A stretch of DNA of 24,000 bases from Methanomicrobiales archaeon HGW-Methanomicrobiales-1 (GCA_002839675.1 PGYM01000001.1:1071602-1095601); one strand, 5' to 3'. Counted from the stretch's first letter, positions 16,393 through 24,000 are shown. Translations and numbers: made by a program. Notes: a model not told the origin generated them from the letters alone.

Positions 16393-17657
16393 GCTGCAGC
16401 ACTCTGGAGCTCGAGCTGTTTTGCGAGCAGGGGTAGGAATGTTCCGGCATCGGACACGATACCAATTGCCTGTGTCGTGCCACGGTCCATCAGTTTGGTA
16501 AGATGGGCAGGATTGATGTCCACGCAGACCGTCTTGACTTTTGAAGGCAGGCAGTTGCCGACAGCGATGGAGTGGAGGAGAGTTGCAATCATTAACACCA
16601 TGCTGCACCCTTCGATATGCTTGCGCATTGCATCCTGCGCTTCCATGACATCCTGAATTACATCAGGTAAAGGCCCGTCGTCCCGGATAGACCCGGCAAG
16701 GACGAATGGGATATTCTTCTTGACACATTCATACATTATCCCGCTTTTTATTACCCCATTGTCAACGGCATTCTTTATTGATCCCGCTCTCATGATCTCG
16801 CTTATCGCATAGAGATGATGTTTATGACCGCCCATGACGGGTTTTCCCGTTGAAATATCCATTCCGAGGGAAGTACCATAGATATTATACTCGATATCGT
16901 GAGTAGGCAGGGCATTGCCCGCAAAAAGGACATCGATATACCCTTTATGGATCAGTTCCGCCAAGGCTTTGTCCGCTCCGGTATGGATGATCGCAGGTCC
17001 CCCGACAACTGCAATTTTTCCTCCCTTCTTCCGGACGTCAAGAATTTCCCGGGCGATCCGGGCAATGAGGGTCTCACTGGGTCGTTCGGAAGATACCGTG
17101 CCATGCATGAACTCAAATGTGCTCTCCTCGCGGGGACGTTCAGGATAATTCACACTTACTCCCTGTTCCCCGACAATAACCAGATCCCCTTTGCGGATTT
17201 TTCCCAAGGCAACAGCTGCTGCACGTTTCTTTTTTGGATCCACGACAATGAGAAAATCCATCTCTATTGATTCTACCGGAATCCACTCGCCCTGGTATTT
17301 AATTTCCGTGGGATGATTAGAGGTTGTATAGAATCCCTTGGGGACAACGCGATCCGCTTCCGCTGCGACAAGGAAGACATCCTTGACTTCGACCGGGCGG
17401 GCACCGAGACGATGAACTTCGGACAGGATAGAACGGAGGTTCTCATTACTTGAGGCGTTGATCCGGAGGCGGGCATAACTCGGGTCGGTCTTCTTCTTAC
17501 CTATATCAAAGACCAGGATCTCATAGTTGCCGCCCATATCCATGACCCGGTCGAAGAGCTGTGTCATAATCCCGGAGTCTATGATATGACCCCGCAGCTC
17601 TATCTCCTGCGACTCTCCCATAATACCATGATCTTGGTGATGCACCTTAATATGCAT
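16383..17657 (-). CDS. LOR/SDH-domain family protein (the conserved archaeal family I recall as TIGR00300); possibly an ornithine cyclodeaminase-type enzyme
   Basis: The 424-aa ORF has an N-terminal ACT-like segment (IELRGHIIDSGIMTQLFDRVMDMGG.YEI..F.IGK) followed by a Rossmann-like domain (KIAVVGGPAIIHTGA). An alternative start at M13 (17621) is plausible. The function call is weak. Confidence 0.5.
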   Translation of the reverse strand: MHIKVHHQDHGIMGESQEIELRGHIIDSGIMTQLFDRVMDMGGNYEILVFDIGKKKTDPSYARLRINASSNENLRSILSEVHRLGARPVEVKDVFLVAAEADRVVPKGFYTTSNHPTEIKYQGEWIPVESIEMDFLIVVDPKKKRAAAVALGKIRKGDLVIVGEQGVSVNYPERPREESTFEFMHGTVSSERPSETLIARIAREILDVRKKGGKIAVVGGPAIIHTGADKALAELIHKGYIDVLFAGNALPTHDIEYNIYGTSLGMDISTGKPVMGGHKHHLYAISEIMRAGSIKNAVDNGVIKSGIMYECVKKNIPFVLAGSIRDDGPLPDVIQDVMEAQDAMRKHIEGCSMVLMIATLLHSIAVGNCLPSKVKTVCVDINPAHLTKLMDRGTTQAIGIVSDAGTFLPLLAKQLELQSAAAKK

Positions 17658-17727
17658 TCCTGACTAATGTGACTGAATTTGAGCCCGTTTTTGGTTTAAT
17701 GTCACGGATTAGAAAGAATTTTTTAAA

Positions 17728-18354
17728 TTATGAAAATGGTTTTCCTGCAGATTTCGTAACAGGATTTTGCCGGATAAAAATCTCAGCTTCAGCAAGATCA
17801 GCTTTCGTATTAATATTAAGAGCCAGGCGGGGTTCTTCTAAAAGCAGCTGAAACTCATCCTGGGGTTGGTCAATAAGTGCACCATGCAGGATATTTACTC
17901 CCGCCGGGCAAACCATAACACCGAGTATCTCTTCGCGGTAAGGCATACCCTCCCGACAGGATTTTACCATTGCTGCAGGCACCCAGGCAGAACAGGCATC
18001 TTTTCCGCTGGAACGATGCGCATCAGAAATCGTACTGATGATATCCGAGGTAATGCAGGGAAGATCGGAAGCACTGATAAACACCGGTCCTTCATCTTCG
18101 AGCATACCAACCGCTTGTACCATATCTTCCACATACCCGGTACCAGCAGTTTTACAGAATTCAATGCCATGGGCCCGACACCAGTTCTGGGTCATCGGTG
18201 TCCGGAATGAGGTTGCTATAACGGGTTTGCACCCGGCATCTTCAAACGCATCAACCACGTAGGAAACCAAGGGTTGTCCACAGATCAAAATAAGCGGTTT
18301 TTCCCCAAGGTTAAGCCTGCTTCCTGCACCCCCTGCCATGATCAGGGCGTGCAT
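17728..18354 (-). CDS. cobY: Adenosylcobinamide-phosphate guanylyltransferase, archaeal CobY-type nucleotidyltransferase
   Basis: It has the N-terminal NTP-transferase motif LIMAGGAGSRL..EKPL, is about 200 aa, and overlaps the upstream cobD-like gene by 13 nt. Confidence 0.65.
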   Translation of the reverse strand: MHALIMAGGAGSRLNLGEKPLILICGQPLVSYVVDAFEDAGCKPVIATSFRTPMTQNWCRAHGIEFCKTAGTGYVEDMVQAVGMLEDEGPVFISASDLPCITSDIISTISDAHRSSGKDACSAWVPAAMVKSCREGMPYREEILGVMVCPAGVNILHGALIDQPQDEFQLLLEEPRLALNINTKADLAEAEIFIRQNPVTKSAGKPFS

Positions 18355-19340
18355 GCCGCTAAAGCCTCCATGAGCAGAAGATTTTCTTCCCGGGTCCTGA
18401 CTGCAACGCGAATATGGGTAGGCATCCCAAAGGATGTGCAGTTCCTAACAAGAATCAGGCGCCCCTCCAGGCACTCGCAAATCTTTGTGGCATCACGATA
18501 ACATTCCACAAGAATATAATTTACTGATGAGGGGTGACAGTGGAATCCCAGCGCTTCAATCTCCTGGGAGAGCCAGTCACGTTCCTTCCGTATTCGGTCT
18601 CGCGATACCTTAAGATCATCCATATGGAGAAGCGCCTCCATGGCAAAAGCCTCGGCAAAGGAATTCACGCTCCAGGGAGAACGGGATATTTCTATCTTCT
18701 CAACCAGATCCGGGTCCCCAAATCCAAAACCGAACCTGATTCCCGGAACCGAAAAACTTTTTGTTATTGAATGCAGGACAAAGAGATTTGAGTCATTGAC
18801 GCCGGAAAGACTCTGGTCAGGATCAGAAAGGTCAATAAAAGCTTCATCGCAAAAGAGCATCCCGCCATGCGATCTCATATCGGCAAGTTTCTGTACCAGA
18901 CTCTTTTTTTCCTGTAATATACCGGTTGGATTGTTGGGATTGCAGATGAACGAGACATCTGCCATCGCAGGATTATCCACAGGTGTAGCTCCTGCAAGAC
19001 GTGCAGAAAGTGCATATTCACCAAATGTCGGGGATTCACAAAAAAAATGTTTATCCCCGCGAAGCACGACAGAGCAAAACGCCCTGATCAACTCTATCGA
19101 ACCGTTGCCTACACAAATCTCCTCGGGGTCGCGATGGAATATTGCACCAATTCGTTCCTTAAGTTCATGGTAGGAGTCGTCCGGATACGAAGCAAGGAGT
19201 GCCGGATCGCAGTGCCAGGCAAACTGTGGGGGAAAGGGATTGACACTCGCGCTGAAATCCAGCACACTTTTCCGGGTTTTTTCGAGCTGGCGCTTTCCAG
19301 TCCCCCCATGAACCACTCGTTTAGGAAAATCAAGAGTCAC
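18342..19340 (-). CDS. cobD: Class I/II PLP enzyme, probable L-threonine-O-3-phosphate decarboxylase (a HisC-like aminotransferase cannot be excluded)
   Basis: It has the NPNNPTG motif and the PLP-lysine motif SITKSFSVPGIRFG. The GTG start is preceded by AGGAGG. Translational coupling to cobY favours CobD. Confidence 0.65.
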   Translation of the reverse strand: MTLDFPKRVVHGGTGKRQLEKTRKSVLDFSASVNPFPPQFAWHCDPALLASYPDDSYHELKERIGAIFHRDPEEICVGNGSIELIRAFCSVVLRGDKHFFCESPTFGEYALSARLAGATPVDNPAMADVSFICNPNNPTGILQEKKSLVQKLADMRSHGGMLFCDEAFIDLSDPDQSLSGVNDSNLFVLHSITKSFSVPGIRFGFGFGDPDLVEKIEISRSPWSVNSFAEAFAMEALLHMDDLKVSRDRIRKERDWLSQEIEALGFHCHPSSVNYILVECYRDATKICECLEGRLILVRNCTSFGMPTHIRVAVRTREENLLLMEALAACTP

Positions 19341-19420
19341 AAAAATCCCTCCTTTTCTAGAATACTTAGTCTGGCTGTCTTAAATTCGTTTTGAGAATGT
19401 CTGACAACCAAAGGAGAAGG

Positions 19421-19428
19421 TATTTATA
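19421..19428 (+). promoter_or_regulatory. TATA box candidate (TATTTATA) for the cdrS-ftsZ2 transcript
   Basis: This is the only strong TATA-like element in the cobD/cdrS divergent region. It predicts a transcript start near 19450 and a leader of about 80 nt. Confidence 0.4.
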
Positions 19429-19483
19429 CCTAGATGTTTTATTTAGATTCATCTGGTTAAGTCAGACACTAAGACACCCTTTG

Positions 19484-19521
19484 TCTGACATATGAATGAC
19501 AAATGACAGACATATGTCAGA
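19484..19521 (+). promoter_or_regulatory. 11-bp perfect inverted repeat TCTGACATATG-n16-CATATGTCAGA; the spacer holds a tandem AATGACA AATGACA
   Basis: Read directly from the sequence. It lies between the TATA candidate and the cdrS Shine-Dalgarno (GAGGT, 19526..19530). Related GTCAGACA/TGTCTGAC copies sit at 19398, 19461 and 19482. Confidence 0.5.
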
Positions 19522-19534
19522 AATGTGAGGTAAA

Positions 19535-19714
19535 ATGATGCAAAGAATCACGCTCCGATTGCCTGAACAGCAAATCAATCTGCTACAACAGATAGTAGAC
19601 ACGGGAGAATATCCCAACATTTCTGAAGCTGTTCGGGCTGCGGTCCGCGAACTTGTTGAAAAACGTGCAAACCGTGTCTTAAAGGAGAGCGACCAGGTTT
19701 CATTCAAGGTTTGA
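19535..19714 (+). CDS. cdrS: Ribbon-helix-helix (CopG/MetJ-type) DNA-binding protein, CdrS-like cell-division regulator
   Basis: The 59-aa ORF is absent from the track (below 60 aa): [59 protein letters not shown]. It shows the beta-strand plus two-helix RHH pattern. GAGGT lies 5 nt upstream, and the stop is 10 nt before the ftsZ ATG. Confidence 0.75.
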   Translation: MMQRITLRLPEQQINLLQQIVDTGEYPNISEAVRAAVRELVEKRANRVLKESDQVSFKV

Positions 19715-19724
19715 GAGGGTAAAA

Positions 19725-20891
19725 ATGCAGAGCATTATTAACGACGCTTTAAAAAATGCTGACCTAGAAAAAGAGATGAAAAAGGCCAGCACATCAAATG
19801 AAACGGATGACGACTTCTGCGGACAGCCACGCATCGTAATTATCGGATGCGGAGGCGCTGGCAACAACACCGTAAACCGTATCCACCACATGGGTGTTTC
19901 CGGTGCAGAGACGATCGCAATCAACACTGACAAGCAGCACCTGGACATGATCCAGGCCGACAAACGTATCCTTATCGGTAAATCATTAACCAAAGGTCTC
20001 GGCGCCGGTGGATACCCCGATGTCGGTAAACGTGCAGCAGAGATGGCTCGCCCCACCCTTGAGGCAATCCTGGAATCAGCAGACCTTGTCTTTATCACAG
20101 CAGGTATGGGAGGAGGTACCGGTACCGGTTCAGCTCCCGTTGTTGCATCCATTGCAAAAGAGCAGGGCGCAATCGTAGTCGGCATGGTCAGCTACCCGTT
20201 CCAGGTAGAAAAGGCCCGCTTGATCCGTGCAGAAGAAGGTCTTGAGGCACTTGCAGCAGCAGCAGACTCCGTGATTGTTCTCGATAACAACCGGTTGAAG
20301 AACTTCGTCCCGAACCTCCCGTTAGGCCAGGCATTCTCCGTAATGGACCAGCTCATCGGTGAGACCGTCAAGGGAATTTCAGAAACAATCACTGAGCCAT
20401 CACTCATCAACATTGACTATGCAGATGTCCGCGCCATCATGTCAAAGGGCGGCGTTGCAGTCATGCTCGTTGGAGAGAGCAAGCAGCAGAACAAGGCAGA
20501 AAGCGTAGTCCGCGAATGCTTAAGCAACCCGATGCTCGACATCGACTACCGCGGCGCAACCGGCAGCCTGATCCACATCACCGGTGGCACTGACCTTACC
20601 TTACAGGATGCAGAAGAAGTTGCAACCTCACTCACGTACGAGCTCGACCCCCACGCAGATGTCATCTGGGGCGCCCGTGTGCGCAGTGACATGGAAGGCA
20701 AGATCCGTGTACTCGCGATCATGACCGGTGTCAAGAGCGCGCAGATCCTCGGTTCACGCCAGTCCTACAAGACCATGGTCAATGATATTGAAAACAAGCG
20801 TTCAAACCCCAAGGCAGTTGAGATGCCTCAAAGCAGAAGAGGCGGCAGGGACCAGCCCAGTGGCGGCGGCGTTCTTGAATGGGTCGGTTAA
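19725..20891 (+). CDS. ftsZ2: Cell division GTPase FtsZ, FtsZ2-type paralogue
   Basis: It has the tubulin signature [23 protein letters not shown] and NTDKQHL. The N-terminal extension ending D-x-F-x-x-PRIVI and the [12 protein letters not shown] segment match my recollection of haloarchaeal FtsZ2. Synteny with the upstream RHH gene supports the FtsZ2 call. Confidence 0.9.
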   Translation: MQSIINDALKNADLEKEMKKASTSNETDDDFCGQPRIVIIGCGGAGNNTVNRIHHMGVSGAETIAINTDKQHLDMIQADKRILIGKSLTKGLGAGGYPDVGKRAAEMARPTLEAILESADLVFITAGMGGGTGTGSAPVVASIAKEQGAIVVGMVSYPFQVEKARLIRAEEGLEALAAAADSVIVLDNNRLKNFVPNLPLGQAFSVMDQLIGETVKGISETITEPSLINIDYADVRAIMSKGGVAVMLVGESKQQNKAESVVRECLSNPMLDIDYRGATGSLIHITGGTDLTLQDAEEVATSLTYELDPHADVIWGARVRSDMEGKIRVLAIMTGVKSAQILGSRQSYKTMVNDIENKRSNPKAVEMPQSRRGGRDQPSGGGVLEWVG

Positions 20892-21382
20892 GCATACCGG
20901 AACAATTGTTAACACACCAAATTTCCAAACTCCAGTAATTCAGGGAAATGTTGGCATCATCCAACTACCAACATCCTTTTTGTAATGATTCTGTAAAACC
21001 AGAGTCAATTGTTACTGATAACCAATTGATGTCACTTCGATGAATGTGGCGAAACGCTTAATTATTCCCCAATCCTTTAAAATATAGTACATTCGATCTG
21101 TCCTTCACTGGGAGGAGAGGGGTTTTGCTTTTCAAGAAAAGTGAGACCCGGGTATCGGGAGTTGAACATCATGAACAGAGTGTTGAACAAAGACTTCGCA
21201 TCGAAGTCTCATTCGAAATATACGCTGGTTACATTTTCTGATGTTTTTCACCCTGCATCCTGTATGCAGAGTTGGTATTTGAGTAACAAAGGAGAGACAG
21301 GTTTTCTGCTCTTTTTAGTAAATAAACTCCTTACAATTCATGCACTTCCCGGACAGGAAAATCTGATGAGGAGCTGTAACGC

Positions 21383-22243
21383 ATGTTGAATGACCTTATG
21401 GAAAAAAGAAAAAAAACTCTTGCCGAGTCTGAAGAACACAAAAACCACCGCAACGAACTGAATGCATCTGCAAGCAAGTTTGCCCGCGAAAGAAACACGC
21501 TCAACAACCAGACAAGGGAGTTTGTAGAAGAAGCGCAGAAAAACAAGGATCTCCGGGATAAATATAACCAGGATGTCCTTGATGTCAAGGCCCAGCGCAA
21601 TGATTTTAACGATAAAGCAAACGTTCTTTTCGAAGATATTGAATCCTTTAAAAAGGAACATGGCTCTGCAAAAAGCCGCGGCACCAAAGAACTCCAGAAA
21701 CAGATAGAGTTCATGGAGTACCGCCAGCAGACCGAGGTTTTCACCACCGATAAGGAACGCGAACTGATCGATAAGATCAAGCAGATGAAAAGCCAGGTGC
21801 GGGAACAGGAAGCCGAGTTCGAGCAGAACAAAGAGATGCGCACCAAGATTACTGATGCACGCGAATTTCGCAAGCAGGCATCCGATCTGCACGCAAAAGT
21901 AACTGAAGTCGCAGAACTTGCCCAGAAGCACCACGACCTCATGGTCGAATCTTACCGAAAGGCTGACAAATCACGCGAAGCCGCCGACGCAGCACACAAG
22001 AGTTTTGTCGAGGCACAGGAATCCGCAGATTCCGAGCACAAGTTCTTTATTGCCTGCCAGAAGGAACTTCGCGATTACGATAAGGTCATATCAGGTCTGC
22101 GCAAGAAGACCAAGAAAGTCAAGGTCTCCAAAGAGCAGAAAGCGGTCAGGAAAGAAGCAGAGAGCCTGTTTAAGAATTTCCGGGCCGGAGAAAAACTCAC
22201 TACCGACGATATTTTACTCCTCCAGCGCTCAAAACTCATCTAA
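21383..22243 (+). CDS. Conserved archaeal coiled-coil protein (Lys/Glu/Gln-rich), function unknown
   Basis: The 286-aa ORF is almost entirely heptad-like charged helix (…KAQRNDFNDKANVLFEDIESFKKEH…REQEAEFEQNKEMRTKITDAREFRKQASDLHAKV…). The long antisense ORFs here are low-complexity artefacts. Confidence 0.7.
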   Translation: MLNDLMEKRKKTLAESEEHKNHRNELNASASKFARERNTLNNQTREFVEEAQKNKDLRDKYNQDVLDVKAQRNDFNDKANVLFEDIESFKKEHGSAKSRGTKELQKQIEFMEYRQQTEVFTTDKERELIDKIKQMKSQVREQEAEFEQNKEMRTKITDAREFRKQASDLHAKVTEVAELAQKHHDLMVESYRKADKSREAADAAHKSFVEAQESADSEHKFFIACQKELRDYDKVISGLRKKTKKVKVSKEQKAVRKEAESLFKNFRAGEKLTTDDILLLQRSKLI

Positions 22244-22310
22244 TTTTTTTACCTTACTTTTTTCTCCGTCAGTAACGGTTTAATAGGTTTACTGCAATTT
22301 TATATTAGTA

Positions 22311-23447
22311 ATGACGCAAGGGCGGACATTGGTTCTCAGTGTCGATCGGGATGATGATATCGGCTGGAAAGGAAAAATAGACAGCCCAGTCATTGGCCGA
22401 GCGGCGACGGTAAAAGCAGCGAATACGTTAGCCCTTGCCGACCCTGAGGATTCCGATGTCAATGCAATCTTCATGGCCGTCAAAATCTACGATGAACTCA
22501 CTGGCAAGGGTGAAGATGCGGCCATTGCCGTGGTTGCAGGAAATCACCTGCACATGATAGAAGGGGATCGCCGGATTGCAACCGCACTGGAACAGGTAAT
22601 ACAGGAAACCCAGGCAACTAACTGTATCCTTGTTTCGGATGGCGCTGAAGATGAATACGTTGTTCCCATCATCCAGTCAAAAATCCCTGTGACCTCCATA
22701 ACACGGGTCATCGTCAACCAGATGCCCAATCTCGAAGGCACCTATTATATCTTAAAGAAATTATTCGATGATCCGAAGATCTCCCGCATGATCTTCATCC
22801 CGCTCGGGCTTGCGATGCTGCTCTATGCTTCAGCCTACCTGCTCGGGTATCCCGGGACTGCCACTATCATTGTGGTGGGTGTTATCGGGTGTTACCTGCT
22901 CTACAAGGGATTCGGGTTCGATGAAATTGTCCATGGCACCCTCGATGCACTGCGCATCTCCCTCTCGCGGGGAAGGTTCTCGTTCATCACCTACTCAACG
23001 ACAATCCTACTCGTTATCATCGGGTTTACCACGGGCTTTATCAACGTCTTAAAATATTATTCAACGGACGCGAGTCTTGGTATCCTGCAGTACCTGATGA
23101 CATTTATTTTTGGTTCTGTCGAATGGCTGATTGTTGCCGGACTGGTAACATCCATTGGTATAATTATCGATGTGTATGCCAATGAACGCGAAGCACTCGG
23201 AAAAGTGATCGTCTTTCCCTTCTTTGTCACGGCCCTTGGTCTCATTCTCTACGGAGCCAGCGTATACATTCTGGCAATCGTCAGCAGCCTTCCCGATTTC
23301 CCGCTGAATGCAACAGAAGCACAAAGTGCTATCATGTACTCAACCATAGTGGGCATCATATCTGCCGTGCTGGGAGTTGTTGTCCAGTATTTTGTGAATA
23401 AGAAAATGACAGAACTCCGCAAGCAGGAAATTATCGAAGTAATATAA
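22311..23447 (+). CDS. DUF373-like integral membrane protein (soluble N-terminal domain plus about 6 TM helices), function unknown
   Basis: The N-terminal LVLSVDRDDDIGWKG...ADPEDSDVNAIF pattern matches my recollection of the archaeal DUF373 family. The C-terminal half has multiple hydrophobic helices. Confidence 0.65.
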   Translation: MTQGRTLVLSVDRDDDIGWKGKIDSPVIGRAATVKAANTLALADPEDSDVNAIFMAVKIYDELTGKGEDAAIAVVAGNHLHMIEGDRRIATALEQVIQETQATNCILVSDGAEDEYVVPIIQSKIPVTSITRVIVNQMPNLEGTYYILKKLFDDPKISRMIFIPLGLAMLLYASAYLLGYPGTATIIVVGVIGCYLLYKGFGFDEIVHGTLDALRISLSRGRFSFITYSTTILLVIIGFTTGFINVLKYYSTDASLGILQYLMTFIFGSVEWLIVAGLVTSIGIIIDVYANEREALGKVIVFPFFVTALGLILYGASVYILAIVSSLPDFPLNATEAQSAIMYSTIVGIISAVLGVVVQYFVNKKMTELRKQEIIEVI

Positions 23448-23782
23448 TCTTTTTCCCGATGCAAAAAAACAAGAATTTCTCAATATCTTTTTATCACAAT
23501 AAATCCGGTTGTTTACCGATATTACAGAGTCAGCGATTGAAGATCTGACAAGAGACAACCTGCAATCCGGTTGTAACAGGAAAAATATTCCGGCCGGGGT
23601 TCACAGGTAATAGACAACTGCATGGTTTTGGAATCACTGAAGTATTCTTTCGGCCTGGATACAGTGATACTTTAAAACAGGAACAACCCCCCAATCCGGA
23701 CTGGATATCGTATTTCAATTTCCCCTGCATAAATCAGGAAATAATCCCTGGAAAACAGGGTTCCTGAATGAAGAGAAGCCGG

Positions 23783-24000
23783 TTAGTGGGGCCGACCAGC
23801 AGAGAGCAAACGTTCAGGAGGGGGCGCAGGGAACTCATCTTTGTTGGCGGAGAAATACCCCATGCCGGCCGGAAACTCTTTTACCATAGTAAAGTTGCGC
23901 GAAACCTGGGGTGTCTCGATCGTAAGCGTGGGGATGGCAACATTGAATTCGTGAGATGGATACCAGTATATCCCATTGCCATACGCAAATGCCGCGTCAT
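23783..24000 (-). CDS. 3' end of a CDS continuing beyond the window (product unknown)
   Basis: The minus-strand frame is open from the window edge to TAA (complement of 23783..23785): ...DAAFAYGNGIYWYPSHEFNVAIPTLTIETPQVSRNFTMVKEFPAGMGYFSANKDEFPAPPPERLLSAGRPH*. Third-position GC is about 58%, like neighbouring genes. The competing + strand frame is Arg/Gly-rich and looks like antisense. Confidence 0.45.
   Translation of the reverse strand, partial: DAAFAYGNGIYWYPSHEFNVAIPTLTIETPQVSRNFTMVKEFPAGMGYFSANKDEFPAPPPERLLSAGRPH

Noticed and set aside
19462-19707. 81-aa minus-strand ORF in the track covering the cobD/ftsZ intergenic region
   Set aside because: It is antisense to the 59-aa RHH ORF, which has a Shine-Dalgarno, a recognisable fold pattern and operon context with ftsZ. 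The minus-strand product is Ser/Cys/Arg-rich with no features.
19700-20185. 161-aa minus-strand ORF
   Set aside because: It is antisense to ftsZ2. The Pro/Ala/Ser-rich product mirrors the Gly/Ala-rich FtsZ core.
21141-21389. 82-aa + strand ORF (73 aa from ATG 21171) ending 7 nt inside the coiled-coil gene
   Set aside because: It opens at GTG, its third-position GC is about 42% versus about 58-60% in neighbouring genes, and it has no recognisable motif or SD. It is kept only as a possibility under the intergenic-region finding.
21331-21942. Two minus-strand ORFs of about 200 aa inside the coiled-coil gene
   Set aside because: They are mirror-frame artefacts of a Lys/Glu/Gln-rich coding sequence. 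Their products are Ser/Leu/Phe/Cys low-complexity strings.
23768-24000. + strand ORF open to the window end (MKRSRLVGPTSREQTFRRGRRE...)
   Set aside because: Its Arg/Gly-rich composition looks like antisense. The opposite-strand frame has natural composition and coding-like GC3, so the minus-strand partial CDS is preferred, though with modest confidence.
1-24000. CRISPR arrays, rRNA genes, defence systems or toxin-antitoxin pairs
   Set aside because: There are no regularly spaced direct repeats of CRISPR size, no rRNA-like sequence and no nuclease/ATPase defence-type gene pairs. The only RHH protein sits in the cdrS-ftsZ2 context rather than next to a toxin.

Overview
The window is a dense, ordinary-looking chromosomal region from a methanogenic archaeon. 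Gene content and protein sequences look Methanomicrobiales-like, but the species cannot be determined from the sequence alone. I support about 25 protein genes and 2 tRNAs. I found no transposase, integrase, CRISPR array, rRNA or obvious defence genes. Two themes dominate. (1) Nickel, tetrapyrrole and C1-carrier cofactor maturation. This includes a compact coenzyme F430 operon (cfbA-cfbE-cfbD-cfbB, with no cfbC). Divergent from it lies an uncharacterised, translationally overlapped trio: a DUS-like FMN TIM barrel fused to a duplicated Cys-motif domain, a CitG-like protein and a DUF447-like protein. The theme also includes hypC-hypA-hypE and cobD-cobY. (2) Cell division. A 59-aa ribbon-helix-helix ORF, too short for the supplied ORF track, sits 10 nt upstream of an FtsZ2-type gene (cdrS-ftsZ2 arrangement). 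It is preceded by a repeat-dense leader and followed by a coiled-coil protein and a DUF373-like membrane protein. Other genes are ilvE, a PAS/His-less DHp-like protein coupled to a P-loop-less DUF835/KaiC-like protein, a membrane PAS histidine kinase, a secreted surface protein, a RaSEA-like radical SAM protein and a LOR/SDH-family protein. The best candidates for undescribed biology are the FMN-barrel/CitG-like/DUF447 trio, the degenerate PAS + DUF835-like pair, and the regulatory architecture around cdrS-ftsZ2. All functional calls rest on motif and family recognition by eye. No searches were run.
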